A stretch of DNA of 63,214 nt, filler included, from Octopus bimaculoides (Eukaryota), in NCBI RefSeq assembly GCF_001194135.2. It is 5 parts of 5 records of this genome, joined end to end, with 100 filler letters (N's around TTAATTAATTAA, not from the genome) between each part and the next. Parts side by side here need not be neighbours in the genome. Positions count along the whole stretch, not along the records: positions 26,237 to 49,033 come from NC_068986.1; 4 more parts are not named here. One strand, given 5' to 3'. Below the pieces are notes generated by a model, which made no database searches, was not told the origin of the DNA, and was given only the letters and a program-made list of their open reading frames with translations. Positions 32,941-45,782 of the stretch are shown in pieces (within the stretch, counting starts at the first letter, position 1; every line of letters begins with the position of its first letter). The position numbers and the translations under genes are program-made.

Positions 32941-33090
32941 TATATATATATATATCATCATCATCATCATCGTTTAACGTCCGCTTTCCATGCTAGCATG
33001 GGTTGGACGATTTGACTGAGGACTGGTGAAATCGTCCAACCCATGCTAGCATGGAAAGCGGACGTTAAACGATGATGATATATATATATA
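32941..33090. repeat. Perfect hairpin made of two SINE/RTE 3' tails fused in inverted orientation
   Basis: atcatcgtttaacgtccgctttccatgctagcatgggttggacgattt, a 15-nt loop, then aaatcgtccaacccatgctagcatggaaagcggacgttaaacgatgat; (TA)n on both sides. Confidence 0.9.
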
Positions 33091-33694
33091 CCATATTCAG
33101 TTACAAGGGTGTGTGTGTGAAGGTGCATGGCTCAGTGGTTAGAGAGTTAGGCTCATAGTCATGTGGTCGTGAGTTCAATTCCCAGATCAGGCTGTGTTGT
33201 GTTCTTGAGCAAGACACTTTATTTCACGTTGCTCCAGTTCACTCAGCTGTAGAAATGAGTTGGTACCAAGCAGTATTAGACTTTGCCTTTCCTTTGGATA
33301 ATTTTGGTGGCGTGGAGAGGGGAGGCTGGTATGCATGGATGACTGCTGCTCTTCCGCAAGCAACCTTGTCTGGACTTGTGCCTCAGACGTTAACTTTCTG
33401 GGTGCAATCCCATTGTCATTCATGACCAATGGGGGTCTTTATATTTATATATATAGGGAGAGAGAGGGGGGGGCAATGCGTTACTGATTCTGCCAAAAAC
33501 AACTTCTTAGATAAGCAGAAAACCAGGAGATTGTTCATTGAAACAAGCCCTAGTTCTTGACTGGTCCTTTATTTCATTGACTCTGGATGAAAAGCAGAGT
33601 TGACCTCAATGGAATTTAGAACAGATCTCTTATGTTTCTGCCAAGTTATTGCTAAGTAATAATAACACTCATCTTCAAAAATTTCTCATTTCAG

Positions 33695-33837
33695 CTCACC
33701 GTAAAGGTAAAGACATAGATTTTGCTGCTCGAGCTGCATTAGTGTTACCAGACTTCTGTTATGTTTTCCAACCAAACTGTATTTCTTCCATGCAATCCAA
33801 CGTGCCATACCCTGCTACTATTAGTATTGAAATTAAG
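33695..33837 (+). CDS. IPPK: Inositol-pentakisphosphate 2-kinase, internal exon
   Basis: tttctcatttcag acceptor and AAG|gttagt donor. 143 nt, phase 1 to 0, encoding xHRKGKDIDFAARAALVLPDFCY...PATISIEIK. Resembles vertebrate IPPK RCDKDLD...AMCLPNL...PILCVEIK. Confidence 0.9.
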
Positions 33838-35754
33838 GTTAGTACTCTTGCTTTTATCTTTACTTCAATCATAATGTTTACTGCGTTTGTTATATTCACA
33901 CAAGTATATAACATAAAACCTTATCCTTTCTCCAGTATTAAGCAGCATTGAGCATAAATTTATGACTTAACTATGCTCTTTGACAGAACACATTAATTCA
34001 GTTTGTTTCAGTCTTCCAGATTCTCTGCCTAGTCCATAATTGAGTGGTTGACCCAACAACCCAAACTTGCCCACATTTGCAAAAACTATGCCAACCCTGA
34101 AAGGATTAATGAATGCAAAAATTACTTGTTGATGATGTTAATCTTAATTTTGCGTATGACTTAGTTATTTTTGGACTGCATTTGAGTGTCACAAAAGATA
34201 CTAATCACTGAAAATGAATAGGATTAAAAGTTATATATTTTCGGCAAATTTACTTTAGAACCGATCAAATTCAAAAAATAAGTACCCTGCTCAGAAAGTC
34301 AGAACTCAAATCTTATTTTCTTTCCTTCTCATTCTTGCCTATTTTCTTTCTTTCTTTCTCCCCTTTCTCTTTAAACTTATTTGCAGTCATTTGACCTTTA
34401 ATCCCCTTTGTATTACAATACTATGTAAAGTAATGTATACTTCTATAGTGGATTGAATGGTAGACTCAGAATTGAATTGTACAGCATTGTATGGTACAGA
34501 AAAATATGTTATAGAATACCTAACTAAACAAAATGATGCTCTTTATCAGCAACAATTGATCAATAGGAAAGTTCCTAGAAAGTTTAATTGCCTTGACGAA
34601 TGAAGAATCTAAAGTCTTGAAATCTTATTCATATAAGGGTAAGAGAGGGGGAAGCAATTCTGTAGATTTGGTTCCTTGCTTTTTTCTATCATAGTTGTTG
34701 TTTTAACCTCAAGTCAGTTCTGAACAAACAGGCTGTGATTAAAGGCATTTTAGCCATGACATTCTCCATTTCATTTTCAGGAACAGTATATCATAAAGCA
34801 AATCATCCAAAGTCTCCTTTTTTTATGACAGTAGGGTATGATTTGAGGGTGACTTGGTTGCTATTTCTAGGTCAAGCTACCACATAATGGCTTACTTATT
34901 AAAGCCAATCACCTGAAACTGCTTACATTCTTCTTAACTATGATCCAGCCTGATTTATTCAATACTAAAAGAGTATTGTAATTTGCTTGAAGTATTGCAA
35001 TATGTGTACATGAGATAAATGTTTGAAAAATCTTTTGAACAATGCATTAGGAGAGCTCAGTAAAATATATAAAATGATGTTCTGTGACCTCTCCCACCAT
35101 TCCTTCACATACCTACACTAACTTGACATGCTACATCTCTACTGCTGCTGTTGCCGCACCACACTATCTACTGCTACTAATACTACATATGTCCACCAAC
35201 CACCATTATAAATATAGTAATTCAATACTTTTTGTCATAGTACACTAGAATAGCCAGCTGATAACTATGTATTTCTCTGAACTTTTTGATTATTTTCTTT
35301 TATTTGAAAAGTAACCAATGTAAGTTCATTCAATATCTCTTTGTTTTTATTTATTGACATCATCTTACATATTTTGCCTAACCAATTACATGCATTAATC
35401 AAAGGTTTTTTTTTTCAAACATATATCTCACTTAATCATTAATGTTGTTGTTACTTAGCCCTAGATGGGAACAGTAATCAAGCAATTCCAACAGTGCTCT
35501 TCCCATCTTTCTGTCGGACATAAGCTATCTAGGACTACTTTAGCCAATTTTACCTTCTATTTTTATGATATTAGGATTTGGATTTTAAAGAAAATTTGTC
35601 AGCTATTTCTAGTGAGTCATGCAGCAGCTGTGTAGAGGCAGCTTCATTGATTCAGTGGTTGTAGTTTACATGTGCCAATATCCTTAAAATGCTAGCTGAC
35701 ACAAAACTACTCAAGGCTTGTATGTTTCTTTCCACGTGTAGCAAATAAAATATG

Positions 35755-35971
35755 TTTGGGGGAGTGCTGAAAAGGTCCTGGCTTTAAGGGTACTGTGAAA
35801 GGCCTGTTTGGAAGCCCAACCTTCTGAGCCCTTTTACAGAGCTTAAAAAAACTGAAGGACTGTTGCAATAAGTGTGTGAATCTGAGAATATGTTGAATAA
35901 AATCATAATTTACTGATTTTCCCGTATTTTCTTTTACCCAAAGCCAGGAACTTTTCAGCAATCCCCTCATA
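35755..35971 (-). mobile_element. ~200-bp mariner-type MITE, inverted relative to the other copies
   Basis: TIRs gtgctgaaaaggtcctggcttt and aagccaggaacttttcagca. The internal sequence is the reverse complement of 37131-37329. Confidence 0.85.
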
Positions 35972-36485
35972 CTTGTAAAACGATAAAGAAAATCTTGAGC
36001 TAATAAGGCAGCCTCTTCGTGGTTACTTGATCAAGCTAGAAATAGCAACCAAATCTCCATCAAATCTCAACAGACCATCTTATGGAAGAAGTGAAGGACA
36101 TATTGCATAAGGTGGTTGTGAACACAGTTTGAAAAAAGACAGGCCAGCTGTGTCAGGAGTATTTTTGATCAGAAGTTGTTTATTTAATATCTTAGCTTTC
36201 ATGTGTTGAAATTGTCAAAGTAGAGGCCAACTTTCCCTCAAACCATACCCTACTGTCTCAAACAAGGAAAGGACTTGTCGAATTAGATAATATAGTCCTA
36301 CATGCCCATAAAAGAATGTGGTCACAGCTGGAATACATTGACCTAGAGCAACAACAAAAGAAAATCATGCTATGTGTTCCACATATTTCTTTTGTTTCCT
36401 TCTAGAAAAACTATAAATTCTATTAATGAAACTATCATCTTGATAATTGCTTAATATCTCTAATCTAAATTTGATTTTATTTCAG

Positions 36486-36575
36486 CCTAAATCAGGATTT
36501 ATTCCAATATCAAATCATATAAAAAATCCCATAAAATTCAAAGTTTGTAAATTTTGTATGAGATCTCATTTAAAG
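36486..36575 (+). CDS. IPPK: Inositol-pentakisphosphate 2-kinase, internal exon
   Basis: ttttatttcag acceptor and AAG|gtaagt donor. 90 nt, phase 0 to 0, encoding PKSGFIPISNHIKNPIKFKVCKFCMRSHLK. Resembles PKCGFIP...HKVCRYCMHQHLK and completes the EIKPK motif. Confidence 0.95.
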
Positions 36576-37130
36576 GTAAGTTATTTTTATTCCATCCATT
36601 TGTACATTTTTTTTTTCTGTTTGCCTTAAGAGTTTATGTAGCTTTATCTTTTACTTGTTTCAGTCATTGGAAAGTGGCCATGCTGGGGTAGCACCTTGAA
36701 GGGGTTTATTTGAACAGACCAACCCCAGTACTTATCTTTTAAGTCTGGTCCTTAGTCTCTTGGTTACTTTTACCAAACTACAAAGTTACAGGGTTGTAAA
36801 CAAACCAATACTAGTTGTCAAGTGGTGGGGGAGGGACAAATACAGTCACACACATACATATATGATAGGCTTCCACACAGTTTCTGTCCACCAAATTCAT
36901 TCACAAAGCAGTAGTAGAAGACATTTGGCCAATGTGCTACACAGTGGGACTGAATCCAAAACCATGCACTTACAAAGCAATCTCCTTAACCACCTTACAA
37001 TGACAACAATTGGTCTGAGGTTATCTTGTACAGAAGTATTCATGCTTTTATGAAAACTCATGGTCAAAATCTCATTATATGAATGATATTCTTGAGATTT
37101 CATTTGATCCTTACTTGCATAATATATAAA

Positions 37131-38474
37131 TACGAGAGGGTGCTGAAAAGTTCCTGGCTTTGGGTAAAAGATAATACTGGAAGATCTGTTAATTATGATT
37201 TTATTCAACATATTCCCCTCTCAGATTCACACACTTATTGCAGCAGTCCTTTATTTTTTTTAAGCCCTGTAAAAGAACTTGGAAGTTTAGGCCTCCAACC
37301 AGGCCTTTCACGATAACCTTCAAGCCAGGTGCTAGAAAGTTCTTGGCTTTGTGTAAAAGAAAATACAGGAGGATCAGTTAATTATGATTTTATTCAGCTA
37401 GACATAAGAAACATCAGATGTGGTGTGCAAGAGAGACGACTGCGCTGGTATGGTCATGTGTTACGTATGGATGAGGACAGCTGTGTGAAAAAGTGTCACA
37501 CCCTAGCAGTTGAAGGAACTTGTGGAAGAGGTGGTGAAGCACGACCTTTGAATGTTGGCCCTTACAGAAGCGATGGCNNNNNNNNNNNNNNNNNNNNNNN
37601 NNNNNNNNNNNNNNNNNNNNNNNNNNNNNNNNNNNNNNNNNNNNNNNNNNNNNNNNNNNNNNNNNNNNNNNNNNNNNNNNNNNNNNNNNNNNNNNNNNNN
37701 NNNNNNNNNNNNNNNNNNNNNNNNNNNNNNNNNNNNNNNNNNNNNNNNNNNNNNNNNNNNNNNNNNNNNNNNNNNNNNNNNNNNNNNNNNNNNNNNNNNN
37801 NNNNNNNNNNNNNNNNNNNNNNNNNNNNNNNNNNNNNNNNNNNNNNNNNNNNNNNNNNNNNNNNNNNNNNNNNNNNNNNNNNNNNNNNNNNNNNNNNNNN
37901 NNNNNNNNNNNNNNNNNNNNNNNNNNNNNNNNNNNNNNNNNNNNNNNNNNNNNNNNNNNNNNNNNNNNNNNNNNNNNNNNNNNNNNNNNNNNNNNNNNNN
38001 NNNNNNNNNNNNNNNNNNNNNNNNNNNNNNNNNNNNNNNNNNNNNNNNNNNNNNNNNNNNNNNNNNNNNNNNNNNNNNNNNNNNNNNNNNNNNNNNNNNN
38101 NNNNNNNNNNNNNNNNNNNNNNNAGATGTTAAACGATGATGATGATGATGTTTTCTCAGATTTACACACTTATTGCAGCAGTCCTTCATTTCCTCTAAGC
38201 CTTGTAAAAGAACTTGGAAGTTTAGGCCTCAAACCAGGCCTTTCACAATACCCTTGAAGCCAGGTGTTGAAAAGTTCCTGGCTTTGTGTAAAAGAAAATA
38301 TAAGAGGATCAGTTAATTATGATTTTATTCAACATATTCTCTCAGATTTACACACTAATTGCAGCAGTCCCTCAGTTTCTCCAAGCCCTGTAAAAGAACT
38401 TAGAAGGTTGGATGTCTAACTATGCTTTGTGCAACACTTTTAAAGCCAAGAACTTTTTAGTACCTTCTTGTGTA
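37131..38474 (+). mobile_element. Head-to-tail trimer of the mariner-type MITE, with an RTE 3' fragment (~37399-38150, partly N) in unit 2
   Basis: Unit starts at 37131, 37330 and 38265. Both junctions read aagccagg|tg(c/t)t(a)gaaa(a)gttc. The RTE peptide VQERRLRWYGHVLRMDEDSCVKKC and a (GAT)n tail interrupt unit 2. Confidence 0.8.
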
Positions 38475-38808
38475 TATAGTTACAGATTTTGCTAAACTCT
38501 TCAAAAATTTACTCTGCTAACCTTATCCATTCTTATGGATAACTCAGAATCACCAGTTCTTGTTTCCTGTTGCAATTTCAATTCACAGTGACAGTGCATT
38601 ACAATTCACTGGTGCCACAGTATCATTTCTCCAATACAGATAAAGGCTGGCAGTTAAGGATTTTGTATTGTAAAACGTCTGGATAGGGTGGAGTGTAAAG
38701 TTAGCAGTTGAGGGTGTTCACACAAAATGTGTGCAGGTTGACTAGGATGGGAAAAAAAGCAGACTGTTTAAGAGCATTTCTGTAACCAGACATATAATAT
38801 ATATATAT

Positions 38809-38851
<43 letters not shown>

Positions 38852-39179
38852 AACATGTTTTATTTATTGACTTGAATGATAAGGTTAAAAACATTTTACA
38901 GAAATTCGTAAGTTACACATTCTTTGTGATTGTTTCTGAGTATTCATGTATGCCTTTGTATGCCTATCTGGTTGTTGTTGTGTATGTGTGTGTGTGTGTG
39001 TCTCAGTGTATCTTCTGTGTGTGTGTGTGTTTGTGTGTGATACTTTAAAAGAAGGTCAGGACTCTTAGATATGGTAAACCTATATTAGCAGAGTGTGCTA
39101 AATTCATTACAAGAGTTTTTTAACTATTGTGCTTGTTTTGTAGAAGATAAGAAGAGGTATTAAGTAAACTATTAAATAA

Positions 39180-39220
<41 letters not shown>

Positions 39221-40281
39221 TACGACTACTACTAAGTGTCCTTCACAATTAGGAGTGTTAAACCAAACTACAATAAAGTTTGTTGTTGGAATTTGTTATG
39301 GTTTCTAGTTGTGGGATTAACTTGCTGTATCACTGATTCATAAGTGATAAGCTTTCATATATATATATATATTGGTTGAGGTGTATTCCATTAAGAACAA
39401 ATAGTAATCATTAAACAGCTGTACTCCCTCTTACTTTTGACTCTATTTATTCTTTCATTCATATATATATATATATTTGTTCGTTCGAGAACATCCCTTT
39501 CACTGAACACTAAACTCGGCTTGCGAAGACCTGTTGCGGCAAGCGAAATCGTGATGGCACCTGTACCAGTGGAGGACTAAGAGCACCATCCGAGCATGAT
39601 CATAAATAGTACCATTTGAGCGTGATCGTTACCAACGTCACCTTCCTGACACTTGTGCCGTTAGCACGTGGAAAGACATTCGAGTGAGATCGTTGCCAGT
39701 GCCGCTGGACTGGCTCCTGTGCAGGTGGCATGTAAAATACACTATTTTGAGCATGGCCGTTGCCAGTACCGCCTGAATGACCTTCGTACCGGTGGCATGT
39801 AAAAGCACCCACTACACTCTCGGAGTGGTTGGGTTAAGAAGGGCATCCAGCTGTAGAAACTCTACCAAATCAGATTGGAGCCTGGTGTAGCCACCTGGTT
39901 CACCAGTCCTCAGTCAAATCATCCAACCCATGCTAGCATGGAAAGCGGACCTTAAACGATGATGATGATTTGTGTGCCGAGGCACATGGCCTAATGTTAT
40001 GGGTGTTGCACTCATGATCTTGCAGTTATGGTTTCAATTCCTAGACTAGCAGTGCATTGTATTGATGTGCAAAACATTTTTATGTTGTTCCAGTCTACAC
40101 AGCCACAAATGGGTAACCCTGTAATGGACTGGCATTCTTTTAAGAGAGAATATTGACCTACCGACCTACCTACCTACCTACCTAACCAGTGGAATGGCAT
40201 CATTTGAAAGCCACAATAATGCAAGGAAGCACGTTTTGACCAGCAGTGTGTAACAACAACTGATAGTCTGGTCAATACAGT

Positions 40282-40315
<34 letters not shown>

Positions 40316-42054
40316 NNNNNNNNNNNNNNNNNNNNNNNNNNNNNNNNNNNNNNNNNNNNNNNNNNNNNNNNNNNNNNNNNNNNNNNNNNNNNNNNNNNNN
40401 NNNNNNNNNNNNNNNNNNNNNNNNNNNNNNNNNNNNNNNNNNNNNNNNNNNNNNNNNNNNNNNNNNNNNNNNNNNNNNNNNNNNNNNNNNNNNNNNNNNN
40501 NNNNNNNNNNNNNNNNNNNNNNNNNNNNNNNNNNNNNNNNNNNNNNNNNNNNNNNNNNNNNNNNNNNNNNNNNNNNNNNNNNNNNNNNNNNNNNNNNNNN
40601 NNNNNNNNNNNNNNNNNNNNNNNNNNNNNNNNNNNNNNNNNNNNNNNNNNNNNNNNNNNNNNNNNNNNNNNNNNNNNNNNNNNNNNNNNNNNNNNNNNNN
40701 NNNNNNNNNNNNNNNNNNNNNNNNNNNNNNNNNNNNNNNNNNNNNNNNNNNNNNNNNNNNNNNNNNNNNNNNNNNNNNNNNNNNNNNNNNNNNNNNNNNN
40801 NNNNNNNNNNNNNNNNNNNNNNNNNNNNNNNNNNNNNNNNNNNNNNNNNNNNNNNNNNNNNNNNNNNNNNNNNNNNNNNNNNNNNNNNNNNNNNNNNNNN
40901 NNNNNNNNNNNNNNNNNNNNNNNNNNNNNNNNNNATATGTACGTACACATACACTCATATTACACACTCATCACTCTTTGAGTGGTTGGCGTTAGGAAGG
41001 GCATCCAGCTGTAGAAACTCTGCCAAATCAGATTGGAGCCTGGTGTAGCCATCTGCTTTCACCAGTCCTCAGTAAAATCGTCCAACCCATGCTAGCATGG
41101 AAAGCGGACGTTAAACGATGATGATGATGATGATGATCAGGCTTCCACACGGTTTTTATGACAGTGGCACTTATTTACATCTATGATGTCAAGACAAGGA
41201 GATAAACACACGTATCCATACATAAATAATGCATGCACTGACATGGTGGGCTTTCAATTTCCGCCTATCAAATCCACTCTAAAGGTTTTAGTAGAAGACA
41301 CTTGCCCAAGGTGCCATGCAGTGGAACTGAACCCAGAATTATGTGGTTCAGAAGCAAGCTTCTTACCACACAGCCACTATAGCCATGTGTGCACCATTTG
41401 TATTTCAATTTTTATAATAGTAAAGAATTATGAGAGATTTTAGTGAAGGAGCTTTCACTTTGTTTTTGTTTTGTTTTTTTTGTTACTTATTTGTATAGCA
41501 ATTTGATTATTGGAACATAACTTAATGAAAGACATATTATACCCAATTTTATTTTGATATTTAATTTTAAGTTTAATATAGTATTGCGATTACAGTCAAC
41601 ATGTGAATTTAAATTTTTACACTTTAATGGAGGTGATCTTAGCTTAACATTAAAAACTCATGTTTGTAATACTTATTGTCTCTGTAGCTTCATTGTTTAC
41701 CAAACAAAACTTTTTATCAGTTCACTGCTCTCTCAGCTTTTATTTCAGCTACCCCACACATTCCCTCGAGCATTACATAGAAGACGTTAACAGTGAAAAC
41801 AAGTCAATGAGGGAGTCTCTATATTATCATTAAATGTGCTAGAAGTAGCAACTACATTCCCTCAAATATCAACCTACCTACCATCTTGAAAAGGGAAGGG
41901 CACACTGGATAATGCAATTGTAGGAATGACTTTAATCATAGGTTTGCTTGATCAGAGTAAAACCTGGAGCATAACAACAACATAACAGAAAATTTCAGAA
42001 GAGTAACTATAAACCCAATTCCCCTATTATAGAGGAAATGTGGAAGTTAATTAA

Positions 42055-42204
42055 CCCATATTAACCCACTGTCTTCATTTGAGGACAGTTATATTTAAAT
42101 TATTTACTGCAATAAAGGTTAACTAGATGCTTCTGTATGTTTGTTATCCCTATTTATATAACTATCTTCAAAATTTCGACAGGGTTAACCTGGGTTAAAA
42201 TGGG
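42055..42204. mobile_element. piggyBac-type MITE (TTAA TSD, CCC...GGG ends)
   Basis: TTAA-CCCATATTAACCC...GGGTTAAAATGGG-TTAA, with inner inverted arms ctgtcttcatttgaggacagttata / tataactatcttcaaaatttcgacag. Confidence 0.75.
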
Positions 42205-43639
42205 TTAATAGCAGTCATATTAAAAACTAGCATACTAATTTCTACTCAATAATATTATTGCAGGATTTGTGCATGAAAGCTAAAAGTATATATAAAATAC
42301 TGGCTAAGGCCTACTTGTGTGGGAAACATAAGGCAGTTAGATTTTTATGAGCAGTATCAAGGTAAGCTCTTAATGAGTACAGACTGTGATGTAGGTTCAC
42401 TTCACAACCGATGTTGGTGTGTCTATATCCCCATAACTTAGTGGTTCAGCAACAGAGACTGATAGAATAAGTACTAGGCTTACAAAGAATAAATCCTGGG
42501 GTTGGTTTCTTCTAATAAAACCCTTTAAGGCAGTGTTCCAACATGGCCACAGTCAAATGACTACAAGTAAAAAAAGAATAAAAGAATATGTAATGCTTAG
42601 ATGTTGTAGTTGGGGTGGGTATGGTAGGGTTGCTTTTTTTTGAGTTTGTCATTATCATTTCTGGTTTTCATGTTTCACTTTTACTTGTTGATTTCTATTA
42701 GTTTATGATCTGTTAAATCTAATTCTTCCTGGTTGGGATGTTTTTTTGTCTTTTTTTATTTGATCAGTTGTTTGTGTTTTTATAACAACTGGATGATCTT
42801 CCTAATAACTAATCATTCACTTGGAAAGTAAAAACACATCCTAATTTTATTAATCTGTCAACATGAGGCAAACAAAAGGAATACATTGCTTGTCCATGCC
42901 CATTATTATACCATAAATATATTAATGTTAGAGGTCTTAATTGTTAGTCTAAACCTGACATGTATTAGAGATTAGCAAAAAATGTTCTTCTGCCAGCTAT
43001 TTATAATTTATCTTTACCAAAGCTAATGTGTAATGTTATTACAAAACCTCACTAGTCCTTACTGTCCATGTAATCAGAGTTGTCTTTCTCACAAATGAGA
43101 TCTAGGAAATTCTCTTCATTCCTAACAATGTACATCATTCATTTTACTCTGCTCTATTTCTCTTTGAAACATTGACTTATCTCTAGATTCATTGTTATGC
43201 AGGATTATTATTTAATTCCATACTTTGATACATCAAGTAGTTAAACCTATGGGTTAAAATAAAATCTATTTTGATTCCATTAACATCTTGGATGTATTAT
43301 AGAATCTAGTACTAGATGGATAAAATGCAGAGTTAACTTCAGAACTTAAATGCTGGAAGCATTTTGCCTGAGATTATAACAATTCTGCCAAATTTTTAAG
43401 GAGCAAAATTACACTCTTTATCAACATTGAAAGGTGCTTAATTTTTTACTATCAATACTTATAAGAAAAGACACCAGACTTTAGATCTAAGCTATTGTGA
43501 AATGAAATTTCATTATCTCTGTGTTGCTATCCTTTATTTTATATGGTTTCTGTATATCATACAAATTTCATATTTATAGTAGTTTCTTTGTTCTTTCTTC
43601 ATCTGTGCACTGAGAATTACTGGTTAAATCTCTCTGGGT

Positions 43640-44499
43640 TACTGTGTTTTAAATTTCTGATATTAAAACTACTTTGCCCCAAAAATAAGACCTACTCTGA
43701 AAATAAGCCCTAACATGATTTTACAGGACGTTTTTAATATAAGCCCTACCCCAAAAATAAGAGCTAGTCAAAAATGCATCAGCTTGTTATCAAGATCATG
43801 TGGTGTTTGCAAAATAAATCAACTACCGCAGTTTGGCTAAAGTCTGCACCAAGCAGACTTTAGCCAAGCAAGATGAGTGCAAAAGAAAGAGTTATTCCAT
43901 GGAGTACAAGAAAAGAATTGTGGAAGAGTCACATAACAAGAATCTTACAGCTTTCTGTAAAGAGATGTTGAATCTCTGAATGGTTCAGAAACGGTGAGCA
44001 GAGTACGCAAGTGTGGATCAGGTCGACAACCGTTATTTTCAGAGCTGGAAGATATCATCTCTGGATGGATTGCTGACAGAAGAACAAAGATTTTGGTTGT
44101 ATGCAGGGCTGATATTCAAGAATTTGCTCTTGCAATGGCACCACAGTTGGATATACCCCAACAGATATTCAAAGCATCACCTCATTGGTTGGATAACTTC
44201 CTTCGGTGTTATGAGCTCTCTCTAAGAAGATTGACAACTCTGTTCAAGCTGGAGGATGCTGAAGTGATTCAACGTGCACTTGCATTCAAGTCCTTTGTTG
44301 ATGGCATCAACTTTTCTAAATACAATCTCTCCAATATAATTGCTATGGATGAGACTGCAGTATTTATGGCATGAAACTTTTTTTGTCTTTCTTGGATTTT
44401 TTCTGCAAAAATATGATATCCCCCCCAAAATAAGCCCTAGTGCATTTTTTTTATGCAAAATTAATATAAGACCAGGTCTTATTTTCGGGGAAACACGGT
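43640..44499 (+). mobile_element. pogo/Tigger-type transposon deletion derivative
   Basis: Right TIR ggtcttattttcggggaaacacggTA; decayed left end tactgtgttt...ccccaaaaataagacc. ORF 43994-44374 has a CENP-B-type HTH (FKASPHWLDNFLRCYELSLRR) and the first DDE aspartate (IIAMDETAVF); the rest of the catalytic domain is deleted. Confidence 0.88.
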
Positions 44500-44630
44500 A
44501 AATTCTTCATAAACACATTAGATGACATATATTTTCAGTTTCTGATCCTATTATACATGTAGCTACACCTACCAGCTCTTTTTGTCATTTATTTTAATTA
44601 TTTATCTGTGTAAATTACATCATTAATCAA

Positions 44631-45128
44631 TTAACCCTTTCATTACCATATTTTTGTTGATATACAGTGCTTGTTTCAATTAAATTTAGTAAAATAATTT
44701 TGTCATTTAGCTGATATTTGGAACATAGATTAGTATGAAATTTTGAGGGAAAGCTTTAATTTAGATCACTTTAAAACAGAAATTTGTATCATAGAATCAA
44801 GGGTAGTCTTGGGTGGGTTGCTATAAAAAAAAAGGTTAAAGCCATTAGATTCATGAATACAAAAAATGTAATATTTTGAGAAGTTCTTGTTTCACTCATT
44901 CTATAACATACTGACAAATTTATATGCTATTTTTACTTAACTCTTTAGCATTCAGATTACTCTGTTAAATGTAATGCTTGTTTATTCATATTGTCTTGAA
45001 TTAATCATTTGCTTATTTTTAGAATGACATTGTAGGGTAGGTGTGATAGGCCAGATGTGGCTGGTTTGAACATAAAAATAAATAGAATATTTGGGCCGGA
45101 TATGGCGAGTTGAAATGCTAAAGGGTTA
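44631..45128. mobile_element. Two adjacent TTAA-bounded (piggyBac-like) MITEs: ~44631-44838 and ~44937-45128
   Basis: ttaaccctttcattacc...aaaggttaa and ttaactctttagcattc...gaaatgctaaagggttaa. Confidence 0.65.
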
Positions 45129-45723
45129 AACACTGCTTGGTCTGAAAAAGTTGTTTTTTTTTATGTCTCTACTTAAGTAGTTTGCTATGATATACTGATA
45201 TAAATTCATGCCAGCTTGAGAAAATTGATATTAGAATTATGTGCTTGATTATATTTCTTTAGGGAGTTAAGTCCATAAAGTCCATAACCCCTTGTGTAAA
45301 ACAAGAAGACAAATGATGGTGATGCCTAAGGGGAAAATACAAAAAATTCAATTTGAGAGAAAAAATATTGTTGTAATGTTGAGTGGGGGATTAGAAAATT
45401 TTTAACCTAAAACAATTAATAGCTGCTTCAATATGGCTATAACCAAATAACAAGAAGCAGTAGAAGAGGTAGATAAAACCATATAGATATTAGAACTAAG
45501 TGATGAAAGTTATCAATAAGGAACGGCTTATAACTGAAAGTAGTTCAGTTTGCCTTTTTTATTATGACTCTAAAAGTTATGGTCAGTAATAAACATCTGA
45601 GATTTTTTTCAATTTGAACTTGAATTATTTCAAAGGTAATACTAAATAATTGTTAATTGTTGATTTGGTTGATTTACTTGTTGACATCCATTTGGTTCAA
45701 TGAAATTTCTTCTTTTGCTACAG

Positions 45724-45782
45724 AGCAAGAATGGACTATGGTTGGAGCAGAGCAGATATTGTCCTGTTGATTTATTCTCTGG
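45724..45782 (+). CDS. IPPK: Inositol-pentakisphosphate 2-kinase, internal exon
   Basis: ttcttttgctacag acceptor and GG|gtaagt donor. 59 nt, phase 0 to 2, encoding SKNGLWLEQSRYCPVDLFSG. Resembles the IPPK motif YCPLDLYSG. Confidence 0.95.

Noticed and set aside
42905-43250. NVRGL-like string suggesting another LINE endonuclease
   Set aside because: Too decayed; no second APE motif could be read with confidence.
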